A DNA stretch of 64,000 bases from Geopsychrobacteraceae bacterium (GTDB lineage: Bacteria; Desulfobacterota; Desulfuromonadia; Desulfuromonadales; Geopsychrobacteraceae): contig OY759353.1 in NCBI GenBank assembly GCA_963662315.1, positions 80,306 through 144,305 of the forward strand, given 5' to 3'. The notes under the pieces were generated by a model. It saw only the letters and a list, made by a program, of their open reading frames with translations, searched no databases and was not told where the DNA came from. Positions 1-10,278 of this stretch are shown one piece after another. A program made the position numbers and the translations under genes. Numbering within the stretch: the stretch's first letter is position 1; every line of letters starts with the position of its first letter.

Positions 1-63
1 GGTGAAGGGATTGAGAAAAAAGAAGATGACTTCGCAGCTGAAGTTGCTGCTTTGAGTAAGTAA
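1..63 (+). CDS. tsf: Elongation factor Ts, C-terminal fragment (5' end outside window)
   Basis: Open frame from the window edge to TAA at 61-63, translating GEGIEKKEDDFAAEVAALSK. The acidic/Ala-rich tail and the position upstream of pyrH-frr fit the conserved tsf-pyrH-frr order. Confidence 0.55.
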   Translation, partial: GEGIEKKEDDFAAEVAALSK

Positions 64-94
64 TTTTCTTTCGTTCCAGTTCTTGGTAATTCAA

Positions 95-1531
<1,437 letters not shown>

Positions 1532-1574
1532 TTCCATAAATCTGGGGTTTCAGCGCAGGAGAGGGAGTGTTCAG

Positions 1575-1739
1575 ATGGCATTAAGAATTAATGAAGAATG
1601 TATCGGGTGTGGAACGTGTGTTGATGGGTGCCCCCTTGGCGCAATTGTTGAGCAGGGTGAGATCTATCGCATCACTGATGAATGCAGTGAGTGCCGTGCG
1701 TGCGTAGACAGTTGCCCCGTTAACGCAATTGTTGATTAA
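1575..1739 (+). CDS. Small 2x[4Fe-4S] ferredoxin (54 aa)
   Basis: ATG at 1575 after GGAGAGGGAG. Two CxxCxxCxxxCP motifs (CIGCGTCVDGCP and CSECRACVDSCP). Confidence 0.85.
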   Translation: MALRINEECIGCGTCVDGCPLGAIVEQGEIYRITDECSECRACVDSCPVNAIVD

Positions 1740-1762
1740 TTTCGCAAATTAGTTATTCTATC

Positions 1763-1789
1763 AAAGGGCGTTTGATGCGCCCTTTTTTT
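1763..1789 (+). terminator. Rho-independent terminator after the ferredoxin gene
   Basis: AAAGGGCG (1763-1770) pairs with CGCCCTTT (1778-1785), with a 7-nt loop. The T-run extends to 1789. Confidence 0.7.
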
Positions 1790-1855
1790 ATTAACGAACA
1801 CTACTTTGGCTACGGTTTATCAGTCTTTTTCGCTTTACTACGAGATGCTTCATCG

Positions 1856-2602
1856 ATGCAAGATAATCAATCCCTTCAAGTGATCCAACCCGTTCGTCAT
1901 TTAGCGATTATTATGGATGGCAACGGTCGCTGGGCAACGCAACGTGGACTTCCCAGGATTGTTGGTCACCAACGCGGTGTCGAGACTGTCCTTGATATCG
2001 TTGAGGAATGCCAGCGTATTGGCGTTGAGGCATTGACTCTTTATGCTTTCAGCTCCGAAAACTGGGGGCGGCCTCAGGAAGAGATCAATGCTCTCATGTG
2101 TCTGCTGGTTGAGTTCCTGGCCTCGCAACGTAAGCACATGCTCGAGAAAGGGATGCGCTTCCGTGTTATTGGGGATGTCTCAAAAATGCCGGAACCCGTC
2201 CAGAACTCGTTGGCTTCGGTTCAGGCCGAAACCGCTGCCGGCACCGGCATGACCCTGGTCCTGGCTTTATCTTATGGGGCGCGGGATGAGATAATTAGAA
2301 CGATCCGCTCCTTATCTGATTCTTTGTGCGATGGTTCCCTGACGAAAGAACAAATCACAGAAGACTATTTTTCAGCATGTCTTGACTCGAAAGGGCTTCC
2401 TGACCTGGATCTGCTAATCCGAACCAGTGGGGAAGTGCGTATCAGTAATTTTATGTTGTGGCAATTGGCTTATGCTGAACTTTACTTCACTGACGTCCTG
2501 TGGCCTGATTTTTCCAGAAAAGACCTGCACGCGGCCCTGTGCGATTTTCATCAACGCCGGCGCCGGTTTGGTCTGACGGATGATCAGTGTCATCAGGAAT
2601 AA
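1856..2602 (+). CDS. uppS: Undecaprenyl diphosphate synthase
   Basis: ATG at 1856. HLAIIMDGNGRWA...FSSENWGRP...IRTSGEVRISNFMLWQLAYAELYF are cis-prenyltransferase hallmarks. Confidence 0.9.
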   Translation: MQDNQSLQVIQPVRHLAIIMDGNGRWATQRGLPRIVGHQRGVETVLDIVEECQRIGVEALTLYAFSSENWGRPQEEINALMCLLVEFLASQRKHMLEKGMRFRVIGDVSKMPEPVQNSLASVQAETAAGTGMTLVLALSYGARDEIIRTIRSLSDSLCDGSLTKEQITEDYFSACLDSKGLPDLDLLIRTSGEVRISNFMLWQLAYAELYFTDVLWPDFSRKDLHAALCDFHQRRRRFGLTDDQCHQE

Positions 2603-2716
2603 TTCTGATTCCAAGGGAGAATTGTTATTAAACAGCGAATAATCACAGCTCTGTGTCTGTTACCCGTACTGATAATTATTCTGGGTTTTGCTAGTCCATT
2701 CTGGTTCGGAATCTTC

Positions 2717-3427
2717 GTGACCGCTGTTTTAGGTCTGAGTCTGCTCGAATATAACCGTATGGCCCTTGGTACTGAACGCCGGATTGAACAGTGGTTTGCC
2801 GCTCTGACCGGAACCGTTGTTGTTCCATTGTTGCTCGGGCAAAGAGCTGATCTTCTCTTGCCTCTGTTCACAGTTGCCTACCTTTGCCTGTCGGTTTCAT
2901 TTCTGTTCCGCCTTAAATCTATCCCCGCTGTTGGCAAAGATTTGGGTTGGCTGTTAAGTGGTTGGATCTATCTGCCTTTTCTGCTCGGTCATGCCTATCT
3001 GCTGCGGACCTTGCCGCTCGGGAAACAATGGATTTTCCTGTTGCTGATTGCTGTGATGGCCTGTGATTCAATGGCTTATTTTGTCGGACGTAAATTGGGA
3101 CGTCGTAAACTGTATCCCCTTGTCAGCCCGAATAAAAGCGTTGAGGGCGCCGTTGGAGGGATTTTCGGGGCTGTCATCGGTGTTTATCTGGCAATGCTGT
3201 TGTTTATGCCGGAAATCGGATTCTTTGATGGATTTCTGGTCGCTGTGGTTATCAGTGTGTTCGGGCAAATCGGTGATCTGTTCGAGTCTTTGCTCAAGAG
3301 ATCGTGTGGTGTTAAAGATAGCGGAACGCTGATCCCCGGACATGGTGGTTTACTTGATCGGCTGGATAGTCTCTTATTTGTGTTTCCTCTGGTCTATTAT
3401 ATCGCTGTCTATTGTTACGGAGGCTAG
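2717..3427 (+). CDS. cdsA: Phosphatidate cytidylyltransferase (start uncertain; frame is open from 2609, see findings)
   Basis: SMAYFVGRKLGRRKL...SPNKSVEGAVGG...GDLFESLLKRSCGVKDSG..IPGHGGLLDRLDS matches the CdsA signature. The first canonical start is GTG at 2717. Confidence 0.88.
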   Translation: MTAVLGLSLLEYNRMALGTERRIEQWFAALTGTVVVPLLLGQRADLLLPLFTVAYLCLSVSFLFRLKSIPAVGKDLGWLLSGWIYLPFLLGHAYLLRTLPLGKQWIFLLLIAVMACDSMAYFVGRKLGRRKLYPLVSPNKSVEGAVGGIFGAVIGVYLAMLLFMPEIGFFDGFLVAVVISVFGQIGDLFESLLKRSCGVKDSGTLIPGHGGLLDRLDSLLFVFPLVYYIAVYCYGG

Positions 3428-3433
3428 CACCAC

Positions 3434-4588
3434 TTGAAAAAACTGGCTTTGCTTGGATCTACCGGCTCAATCGGCACCAGTACTCTTGACATCGTCCGGG
3501 CTTTTCCCGATCAGTATCAGATAACCTCACTTGCGGCAGGGCACAATATCGAACTGTTACTTCAGCAGATCGATGAATTTCACCCGCGCCATGTTGCCGT
3601 TATTCGCGACGCAGATGCCGAGATTCTTCGTTCCCGGCTTGCTCATCTCGATATTGAAGTTCACTCTGGGGTTACCGGAATGATTGCTTGTGTGACCGTT
3701 GCTGTGGATATGGTCGTGGCGGCTATCGTCGGAGCTGCGGGGCTGATTCCGACCATGGCTGCGATTAAAGCTGGTAAAGATGTTGCCCTGGCGAATAAAG
3801 AAACACTGGTCATGGCAGGTGCTCTGATCATGGCAGAAGTCGCGCGTCGTAACGTCACACTGATCCCGGTGGACAGCGAGCATTCCGCCATTTTTCAGTC
3901 CTTGCAGGGGCATCGTAACGAGGATGTACGGCGTCTGATTTTGACCGCTTCCGGGGGCCCTTTTCGCGATTGGGATCGGTCCCGTTTTGCAGACATCTCT
4001 CCCGCTGAAGCCCTTGCTCACCCAAACTGGAATATGGGGCGTAAAATCAGTGTCGATTCAGCTACGATGATGAACAAGGGGCTTGAAATCATCGAAGCCC
4101 GCTGGTTGTTTGATGTGCCCGCTGAAAAGATTGCTGTTCATGTGCACCCTGAAAGTATTGTTCATTCCCTGGTTGAATATCATGATGGTGCCTTGATTGC
4201 CCAGTTAGGTATTCCCGATATGAAAACTCCTATCGGCTATGCCTTGTCATGGCCGCAACGTTTACCCCTCAAACAGCCGCCGCTTGACCTGTGTCGGCAA
4301 GGGAGTTTAACCTTTTCTGAACCTGACCTGAATAAGTTTCCATGCCTCAGGTTAGCTTATGCTGCCATCACGGCCGGGGGGACCTTGCCGGCGGTAATGA
4401 ATGCAGCAAATGAAATAGCGGTCGATGCATTTCTGAAAAAACAGATCGGTTTTCTTGGTATTGCAGAATTAATTGAAAAGGTAATGGCTCGCCACAGTAC
4501 TGAGCAGACGGGTAATTTGGACCGGATACTTCAGGCTGATCTATGGGGGCGCCACGAAGCCAAACAAATTCTTGGCGGAGGAAAATAA
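3434..4588 (+). CDS. dxr: 1-deoxy-D-xylulose 5-phosphate reductoisomerase
   Basis: TTG start. LLGSTGSIGTSTLD...LANKETLV...DSEHSAIFQ...LTASGGPF...HPNWNMG match Dxr motifs. Confidence 0.95.
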   Translation: MKKLALLGSTGSIGTSTLDIVRAFPDQYQITSLAAGHNIELLLQQIDEFHPRHVAVIRDADAEILRSRLAHLDIEVHSGVTGMIACVTVAVDMVVAAIVGAAGLIPTMAAIKAGKDVALANKETLVMAGALIMAEVARRNVTLIPVDSEHSAIFQSLQGHRNEDVRRLILTASGGPFRDWDRSRFADISPAEALAHPNWNMGRKISVDSATMMNKGLEIIEARWLFDVPAEKIAVHVHPESIVHSLVEYHDGALIAQLGIPDMKTPIGYALSWPQRLPLKQPPLDLCRQGSLTFSEPDLNKFPCLRLAYAAITAGGTLPAVMNAANEIAVDAFLKKQIGFLGIAELIEKVMARHSTEQTGNLDRILQADLWGRHEAKQILGGGK

Positions 4589-5907
4589 TGACGACAGTTA
4601 TTGCCGGCATCCTGATGTTGGGTGTGTTGGTTTTTGTTCATGAACTCGGCCATTTCATTGTTGCCAAAATGAGTGGTGTAAAAGTTCTCAAGTTCTCGCT
4701 TGGCTTTGGGCCTAAATTAATGTCCCGTAAGCGTGGTGAAACAGAATACCAGATCTGTATTATCCCTCTGGGTGGTTATGTTCAGATGCTGGGTGAAGGG
4801 AGTGGAGAAGACGGCGAAGAAGCGGAACTTACTCCAGATGAACAGCGGCGCTCATTTGCTCATAAACCAGTTGCCAGTCGACTTGCCATCGTTCTGGCCG
4901 GTCCGCTGATGAATCTGATTTTACCGCTGTTGATTCTGCCGATTTCCTATATGGTCGGAGTACAGTTGCCGACATATTTTGATGAGCCCGCCTGTATCGG
5001 ATATGTTGTACCAGGCAGTGCCGCAGAGCAGGCTGGTTTTCAGGCCGGAGATTGTATTACCAGCGTTAACGGCATGAATGTCAGTAGCTGGAATACGACC
5101 AATAAAGTGTTTGTCGGACAGGCCGGTGCCGCACTGTCTTTTTCGATCCAACGCAATGAGGTGGCGCAGGCTCTGACTATAGCTGCTGAGAATGACAGTC
5201 TGGAAGGAATGCAGGCCCTGGGTCTGTTGCCCCGCCAGGAAGCGCGTATCGGGGGTGTGGCTGCAGACATGCCCGCCGCTAAAGCCGGACTTAAGAAAAA
5301 TGATCTTATTGTGTCTATCGCAGGGCAGCCGGTCCATTCCTGGTACGATCTGAAGGGTATGGTTCAGGGCTATGGCCATCAGACGGTTTCTGTTGTCGTT
5401 GAGCGGGATAATCAGCAAACCACTGTTGAACTGATACCAGAGCAGCGTGAAGAAAATGGTGATTTTCTGCTTGGAATTGCTCCGCTGCAAAGCTCTCAGT
5501 TAAAGCGCTTTACTTTCTTTAACGCAGTCAAAGAAGGTGCGCATAGAACCTGGGAGCTTATTGATCTGACCGTAGTTTTTGTACAGAAGTTGTTTACCGG
5601 TAACGTATCAACCAAAAATATTGGTGGCCCGATTACCGTTGTTCAGATCGCCGGGCAGGCCGCACAGACTGATCTTGCTGCAATTATCTCGGTTCTGGCT
5701 TTTATCTCCATTCAGCTGGGAATACTGAATTTGTTACCGATTCCGATTCTGGATGGTGGTCATATCCTTTTCTATACAATTGAGCTATTGATCCGTCGAC
5801 CTCTTTCCGTACGGGCGCGGGAATTGGCCCAGCAGGTTGGTATGGCCATGCTGTTGATGCTTATGGTGCTGGCTTTTTATAATGATATTATGCGCTTGTG
5901 GGGATAA
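4588..5907 (+). CDS. rseP: RIP zinc metalloprotease RseP (site-2 protease with PDZ domains)
   Basis: ATG at 4588 overlaps the dxr TAA (TAATG). Has the HELGHF zinc motif, PDZ-like central region, C-terminal NLLPIPILDGGH, and a hydrophobic N-terminus. Confidence 0.9.
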   Translation: MTTVIAGILMLGVLVFVHELGHFIVAKMSGVKVLKFSLGFGPKLMSRKRGETEYQICIIPLGGYVQMLGEGSGEDGEEAELTPDEQRRSFAHKPVASRLAIVLAGPLMNLILPLLILPISYMVGVQLPTYFDEPACIGYVVPGSAAEQAGFQAGDCITSVNGMNVSSWNTTNKVFVGQAGAALSFSIQRNEVAQALTIAAENDSLEGMQALGLLPRQEARIGGVAADMPAAKAGLKKNDLIVSIAGQPVHSWYDLKGMVQGYGHQTVSVVVERDNQQTTVELIPEQREENGDFLLGIAPLQSSQLKRFTFFNAVKEGAHRTWELIDLTVVFVQKLFTGNVSTKNIGGPITVVQIAGQAAQTDLAAIISVLAFISIQLGILNLLPIPILDGGHILFYTIELLIRRPLSVRARELAQQVGMAMLLMLMVLAFYNDIMRLWG

Positions 5908-5912
5908 CTGAA

Positions 5913-6623
5913 ATGCCTGAACAAACCAAGATCCTTGCTGTTGATACAGCTTCCTTAGCAGGGAGTGTTGCCCTGGCTGCTGGCGAGACCCTGGTTGCTG
6001 AAACGTTGCTGAATGTACGCAGCACACACAGCGAGAAGCTTTTGCAACAGGTGGATATGTTACTGGATCAGGCCGGTTGGGCCTTAGCTGATATCGATCT
6101 GTTTGCAGTTGTTGTCGGACCCGGTTCATTTACTGGCCTGCGCATCGGTTTGGCAACGATCAAAGGCCTGGCTCAGACGTTCAATAAGCCTGTTGCCAGC
6201 GTGTCCGCTTTGGAAGTGAGTGCTCTTGGCATGGTCTCTGATCAGTATCCCGTTTGTGCTTTCCTCGATGCACGAAAAAAGGAAGTTTACACCCAACTGT
6301 TTTCCGTTGGTCCGCAGGGGCCAGTGGCGGCCAGCGAACCACGGGTTATTGCTCCAGGGCTCTTACTGAAGGAGTTTTCTGCCCCGGTTGGTTTTGTTGG
6401 TGATGGCGTGCCGGTTTACCAAGAACTGATTCGGGCCGAACTTGGTGCCAATGCGATCATTGCTCCTCCTCCAAATAACCAGAGGCGTGCCGGACAGGTA
6501 GCGTGGCTGGCCTACCGGGGTTTTCTGGTGGGCGAGGTTTGCGATGCTTCTGGCATTGTGCCTCTTTACATTCGGCCATCTGATGCTGAGTTGAATCTGC
6601 CAGCTAGAAGTGCGATCAGTTGA
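5913..6623 (+). CDS. tsaB: tRNA t6A37 biosynthesis protein TsaB (YeaZ family)
   Basis: ATG at 5913. ILAVDTASLAGSVALA...GPGSFTGLRIGLATIKGLA matches the YeaZ/TsaB N-terminal domain. Confidence 0.85.
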   Translation: MPEQTKILAVDTASLAGSVALAAGETLVAETLLNVRSTHSEKLLQQVDMLLDQAGWALADIDLFAVVVGPGSFTGLRIGLATIKGLAQTFNKPVASVSALEVSALGMVSDQYPVCAFLDARKKEVYTQLFSVGPQGPVAASEPRVIAPGLLLKEFSAPVGFVGDGVPVYQELIRAELGANAIIAPPPNNQRRAGQVAWLAYRGFLVGEVCDASGIVPLYIRPSDAELNLPARSAIS

Positions 6624-6865
6624 GGTGGCGTTAAGCAGTTGACAAGACGCTTCGGATTTGTTTAATTGAAAGCAGGTGATTCAGAAATTGATTCTGATTA
6701 ATCATGGTAGCGTCCCTGGCCTGACAATGATCTTTTCTGCCAGGAATATACTTACCTGGCAGAGGCCCATATTCTGTACTGGATATAAGTTTTTCAAGAA
6801 AGGCAATTTTTCAGAGATGATTTGAGATCAGGGACATAACCCCTATGCACATCGCGGAGGTGCCA

Positions 6866-7084
6866 ATGGACATTGAACAAAATCTTTTAGAAACCCTTAT
6901 CGAAAACAACTCCCGTTTCCGCATGCTTTATGAAGAACACAGTCTCTTTGAAAAACAACTCTCCGAATACGACAAAAAAGTCTTTCTTACCCCGCAGGAA
7001 GAACTCGAAAAAAATAAGGTCAAAAAAATGAAGCTCGTCGGGAAAGACGAGATGAAAAGGATTATGCAGTCTGTGACTGTCTAG
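6866..7084 (+). CDS. DUF465 (YdcH-like) small coiled-coil protein
   Basis: ATG at 6866 after GGAGG. NSRFRMLYEEHSLFEKQLSEYD...KVKKMKLVGKDEMKRIM resembles the YdcH/DUF465 pattern. Confidence 0.65.
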   Translation: MDIEQNLLETLIENNSRFRMLYEEHSLFEKQLSEYDKKVFLTPQEELEKNKVKKMKLVGKDEMKRIMQSVTV

Positions 7085-7111
7085 GTTTGCATTTTTTTCA
7101 TAGTTGTTCAG

Positions 7112-7147
7112 AAAAGGACTTTGGCGCGCGAGCTAAGGTCCTTTTTT
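7112..7147 (+). terminator. Rho-independent terminator after the DUF465 gene
   Basis: AAAAGGAC (7112-7119) pairs with GTCCTTTT (7138-7145). There is additional inner pairing, and T-run follows. Confidence 0.7.
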
Positions 7148-7369
7148 ATATAGGTGTTTCAAATGTCGGTTGCTAAACCGCAAAACGATGTCGACTGTAA
7201 TCTAACGCTTGACAACTATGTGTGAGTTGTCGAGACTGTCATGCTTATTATATTTAGCAGAACAATGGTGCTCAGCCGCTGTTCTTAGAAACATACACTA
7301 GTGATTTCAATGTTGATATCGTTTGTTTGCAGGACGATTCCTGGTGGAAATTGCTATGAGGAGGATCAC

Positions 7370-9067
7370 ATGGAATTGACCGGATCGCAAATATTGCTTG
7401 AATGTTTGAAACTTGAAGGGGTGGATACGGTATTTGGTTACCCTGGTGGTGCCGTCATTAACATTTATGATGATCTTTACGACTCTTCGATCAAACATAT
7501 CCTGACTCGTCACGAGCAGGCGGCTGTTCATGCGGCGGACGGGTATGCTCGCAGTACGGGCAAGGTCGGGGTTGCCATAGCAACCAGTGGGCCCGGTGCG
7601 ACCAATACAATTACCGGAATTGCGACAGCTTATATGGATTCGATTCCCATGGTTGTTGTCACCGGCCAGGTTCCAACGCCCTTGATAGGTAATGATGCTT
7701 TTCAGGAAGCGGATATCTGTGGCATGACCCGTACCTGCACCAAGCATAATTTTCTGATCAAGGATGTCCGCGACTTGGCCAGAACTGTCAAGGAAGCGTT
7801 TTATATCGCAAGAACCGGGCGGCCCGGTCCAGTTCTGATCGATTTGCCAAAAGATATCCAGATTGCCAAATATAAATTTTCCTATCCGGATCGCGTCAGT
7901 CTGAGGGGGTATAAGCCGACCTATAGCGGCAATTTCCGCCAGATTGAAAAGGCGGCCAAGATGATTCTGGCCGCGCGCAAGCCGTTGTTGTATATCGGTG
8001 GTGGTATCAATCTCTCTGCTGCCAACGATGAGCTGCTCAAGCTTGCTGAACAGACCCAGATTCCGGTTACGACGACCCTGATGGCCATGTCCGGCTTTCC
8101 GCAGCGGCACCCGTTGGCACTTGGCATGCTTGGCATGCACGGAACCTTCTATGCTAATATGTCGGTCGCCGAGTGTGATCTGCTGATTGCCGTCGGCTCC
8201 CGTTTTGACGATCGTGTCACCGGGCGCATCGACTGTTTTGCCGAAAAAGCCAAGATTATTCATGTCGATATTGATCCGACTTCAATTCATAAAAATGTTG
8301 CCGTTGATCTGCCTATCGTCGGAGATTTAAAAGACGTTCTCAGTAAACTAACCGGTCATCTTAATCAGAAGCCTGAACTGCTGGAGGACATGGTTGACGC
8401 CTGCCAGCCCTGGAGAGAGACGATCGCCGAGTGGAAAAATGCTCATCCCATGTGGTACCAGCAATCCAAGGAAGAAATTAAACCGCAATTTGTTATTGAA
8501 AGGATTCGTGAACTGACAGCGGACGATGCGATTATCACGACTGAAGTTGGCCAGCATCAGATGTGGACTGCACAATTTTTCAGTTTTACCAGACCGCGGA
8601 CCTTTTTGACCTCCGGCGGCCTGGGAACCATGGGGTTTGGCCTGCCTGCCGCCTTGGGGGCGCAGGTTGCCTGCCCTGACCGGCAGGTTATCGACATCTC
8701 CGGAGACGGTTCATTTCAGATGAATTCGCAGGAGCTGGCAACCCTGGTTCAGTATAAATTGCCAGTCAAGATCGCTATACTCAACAACAATTATCTGGGC
8801 ATGGTCCGGCAGTGGCAGCAGATGTTTTTTGAGCAGCGTTATAGTCAGACCCCCATGGAGGTTCCCATTGATTTCATCAAGCTGGCAGAAGCATATGGTG
8901 CAACTGGTCTGCAGGCTTCCCGGGTCGACGAGGTAGAAGATGTCATCAGAAAAGCCCTTGAAATTCCTGGTCCGGTTCTGATGAATTTTAAGGTGTGCCG
9001 TGAAGAAAACGTGTTGCCCATGGTGCCGGCAGGTAAGGCTATCCATGAAATGGTTCTCGCATCCTAA
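7370..9067 (+). CDS. ilvB: Acetolactate synthase, large (catalytic) subunit
   Basis: ATG at 7370 after GAGGAGG. MELTGSQILLECLKLEGVDTVFGYPGGAV...HEQAAVHAADGYAR...GGLGTMGFGLPAALGA...GDGSFQMN are ThDP-enzyme/AHAS motifs. Confidence 0.93.
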   Translation: MELTGSQILLECLKLEGVDTVFGYPGGAVINIYDDLYDSSIKHILTRHEQAAVHAADGYARSTGKVGVAIATSGPGATNTITGIATAYMDSIPMVVVTGQVPTPLIGNDAFQEADICGMTRTCTKHNFLIKDVRDLARTVKEAFYIARTGRPGPVLIDLPKDIQIAKYKFSYPDRVSLRGYKPTYSGNFRQIEKAAKMILAARKPLLYIGGGINLSAANDELLKLAEQTQIPVTTTLMAMSGFPQRHPLALGMLGMHGTFYANMSVAECDLLIAVGSRFDDRVTGRIDCFAEKAKIIHVDIDPTSIHKNVAVDLPIVGDLKDVLSKLTGHLNQKPELLEDMVDACQPWRETIAEWKNAHPMWYQQSKEEIKPQFVIERIRELTADDAIITTEVGQHQMWTAQFFSFTRPRTFLTSGGLGTMGFGLPAALGAQVACPDRQVIDISGDGSFQMNSQELATLVQYKLPVKIAILNNNYLGMVRQWQQMFFEQRYSQTPMEVPIDFIKLAEAYGATGLQASRVDEVEDVIRKALEIPGPVLMNFKVCREENVLPMVPAGKAIHEMVLAS

Positions 9068-9114
9068 TAATTGTTTTGTGTATGTGACACAGTAACCGAA
9101 GTGGAAGGTTTGAG

Positions 9115-9606
9115 ATGAAACACACAATTTCTGTATTGGTTGAAAATGAGTTTGGCGTACTGTCGCGTATATCGAGCCTTTTTTCGGGGCGTGGGTTCAA
9201 TATCGAAAGTCTTTCCGTTGCTCCGACTCTCGATCCAGAGATATCCCGCATGACGATTGTTACTCATGGTGATGACCGCATTATTGAGCAGATCACCAAA
9301 CAGCTGAATAAGCTGATATCTACAATTAAGGTCGTTGATTTTACCGGAGGGGAGTTTATTGAAAGGGAGCTGGCACTGATAAAAGTTGCCACTGAAGCTG
9401 ATACCAGGGCAGAAGCTTTGCGCATTGTTGATATCTTTCGCGCCAAAGTTATTGATGTTACTCCTAAATCGTATACGATTGAAATGACGGGAAGCCCGAA
9501 AAAGGTTGATGGTATTCTTGAGCTCTTGCGCCCCATGGGGATTAAGGAAGTGGTCCGCTCCGGGCCTGTCGTTATCGGTCGTGGCGCCAAGGGAGTTGCT
9601 GGCTGA
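9115..9606 (+). CDS. ilvN: Acetolactate synthase, small (regulatory) subunit
   Basis: MKHTISVLVENEFGVLSRISSLFSGRGFNIESLSVAPT matches the ACT domain of the AHAS small subunit. Lies directly downstream of ilvB. Confidence 0.9.
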   Translation: MKHTISVLVENEFGVLSRISSLFSGRGFNIESLSVAPTLDPEISRMTIVTHGDDRIIEQITKQLNKLISTIKVVDFTGGEFIERELALIKVATEADTRAEALRIVDIFRAKVIDVTPKSYTIEMTGSPKKVDGILELLRPMGIKEVVRSGPVVIGRGAKGVAG

Positions 9607-9633
9607 AAAGGCCAGATAAAATGGAGATAATAA

Positions 9634-10278
9634 ATGAAGAATGAAAACCAGCCAATTGCTAAAGAAGGATATCCTTTTATTGCCCTGTTCGGATTTGTGA
9701 CCCTCGTCTTTGCTTTACTCGACTGGTCCTTTCTTACGATCATACTGTTACTGCTGACGCTCTTCAGTGTTTATTTCTTTCGTAATCCTGAACGGACCGT
9801 GCCTGCCGGGGAGAAGCTGGTTGTTGCTCCGGCGGATGGTAAGGTCATTTTTGTCGGAGAGGTGGAAGAAGAGCGTTTTTTTAAGCAGCGGGTCACTAAA
9901 GTCAGTATTTTTATGTCGGTATTCAATGTCCATGTCAACCGTGTCCCCTGCAACGGGAAAGTGGTTGATATGTACTACCAGAAGGGTGACTTTATCAATG
10001 CTTCTTATGATAAGGCGAGCGATCGTAATGAGCAGTCCGGTATTCTGCTGGAAACAGAGGCTGGTACTCGCATCCTGTTTGTCCAGATTGCCGGCCTCAT
10101 TGCTCGGCGCATTGTTACCTACCCGGTGATTGGCGATGTTTTGCGGTGCGGGGAGCGTTATGGCCTTATCCGCTTTGGTTCCCGGGTTGATATCTATTTT
10201 CCCAAGCATAGTGATGTTACGATCACACTAGGTGAGCGGACTGTAGCTGGCGAAACTATTTTAGGAACATTACCGTGA
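9634..10278 (+). CDS. psd: Phosphatidylserine decarboxylase proenzyme (short form)
   Basis: 214 aa with an N-terminal TM segment. C-terminal LIRFGSRVDIYFP contains the G-S self-cleavage site typical of Psd. Confidence 0.85.
   Translation: MKNENQPIAKEGYPFIALFGFVTLVFALLDWSFLTIILLLLTLFSVYFFRNPERTVPAGEKLVVAPADGKVIFVGEVEEERFFKQRVTKVSIFMSVFNVHVNRVPCNGKVVDMYYQKGDFINASYDKASDRNEQSGILLETEAGTRILFVQIAGLIARRIVTYPVIGDVLRCGERYGLIRFGSRVDIYFPKHSDVTITLGERTVAGETILGTLP

Noticed and set aside
7241-7288. Possible ilv leader peptide MLIIFSRTMVLSRCS upstream of ilvB.
   Set aside because: Only 5 of 15 residues are Ile/Leu/Val and there is no run of regulatory codons. The SD is weak. The only downstream helix (AGAACA/TGTTCT) is 6 bp with no U-tract, so there is no attenuator terminator.
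8115-8130. Sigma-54-like TGGCAC-N5-ATGCT, within a triple TTGGCA repeat.
   Set aside because: It lies inside ilvB coding sequence, where it encodes LALGMLGMHG. The -12 element is imperfect, and the repeat is explained by the repeated Leu-Gly-Met codons.
7307-8263. 318-aa ORF on the minus strand, antisense to ilvB. Similar long antisense ORFs occur at 13109-13672, 4921-5490, 32260-32877, 42738-43364, 46897-47556 and 47830-48525.
   Set aside because: Each lies entirely inside a confidently identified gene on the other strand. Their translations are low-complexity and Arg/Gly/Ile-rich with no recognisable motifs. Such mirror ORFs are expected in moderately GC-rich coding DNA.
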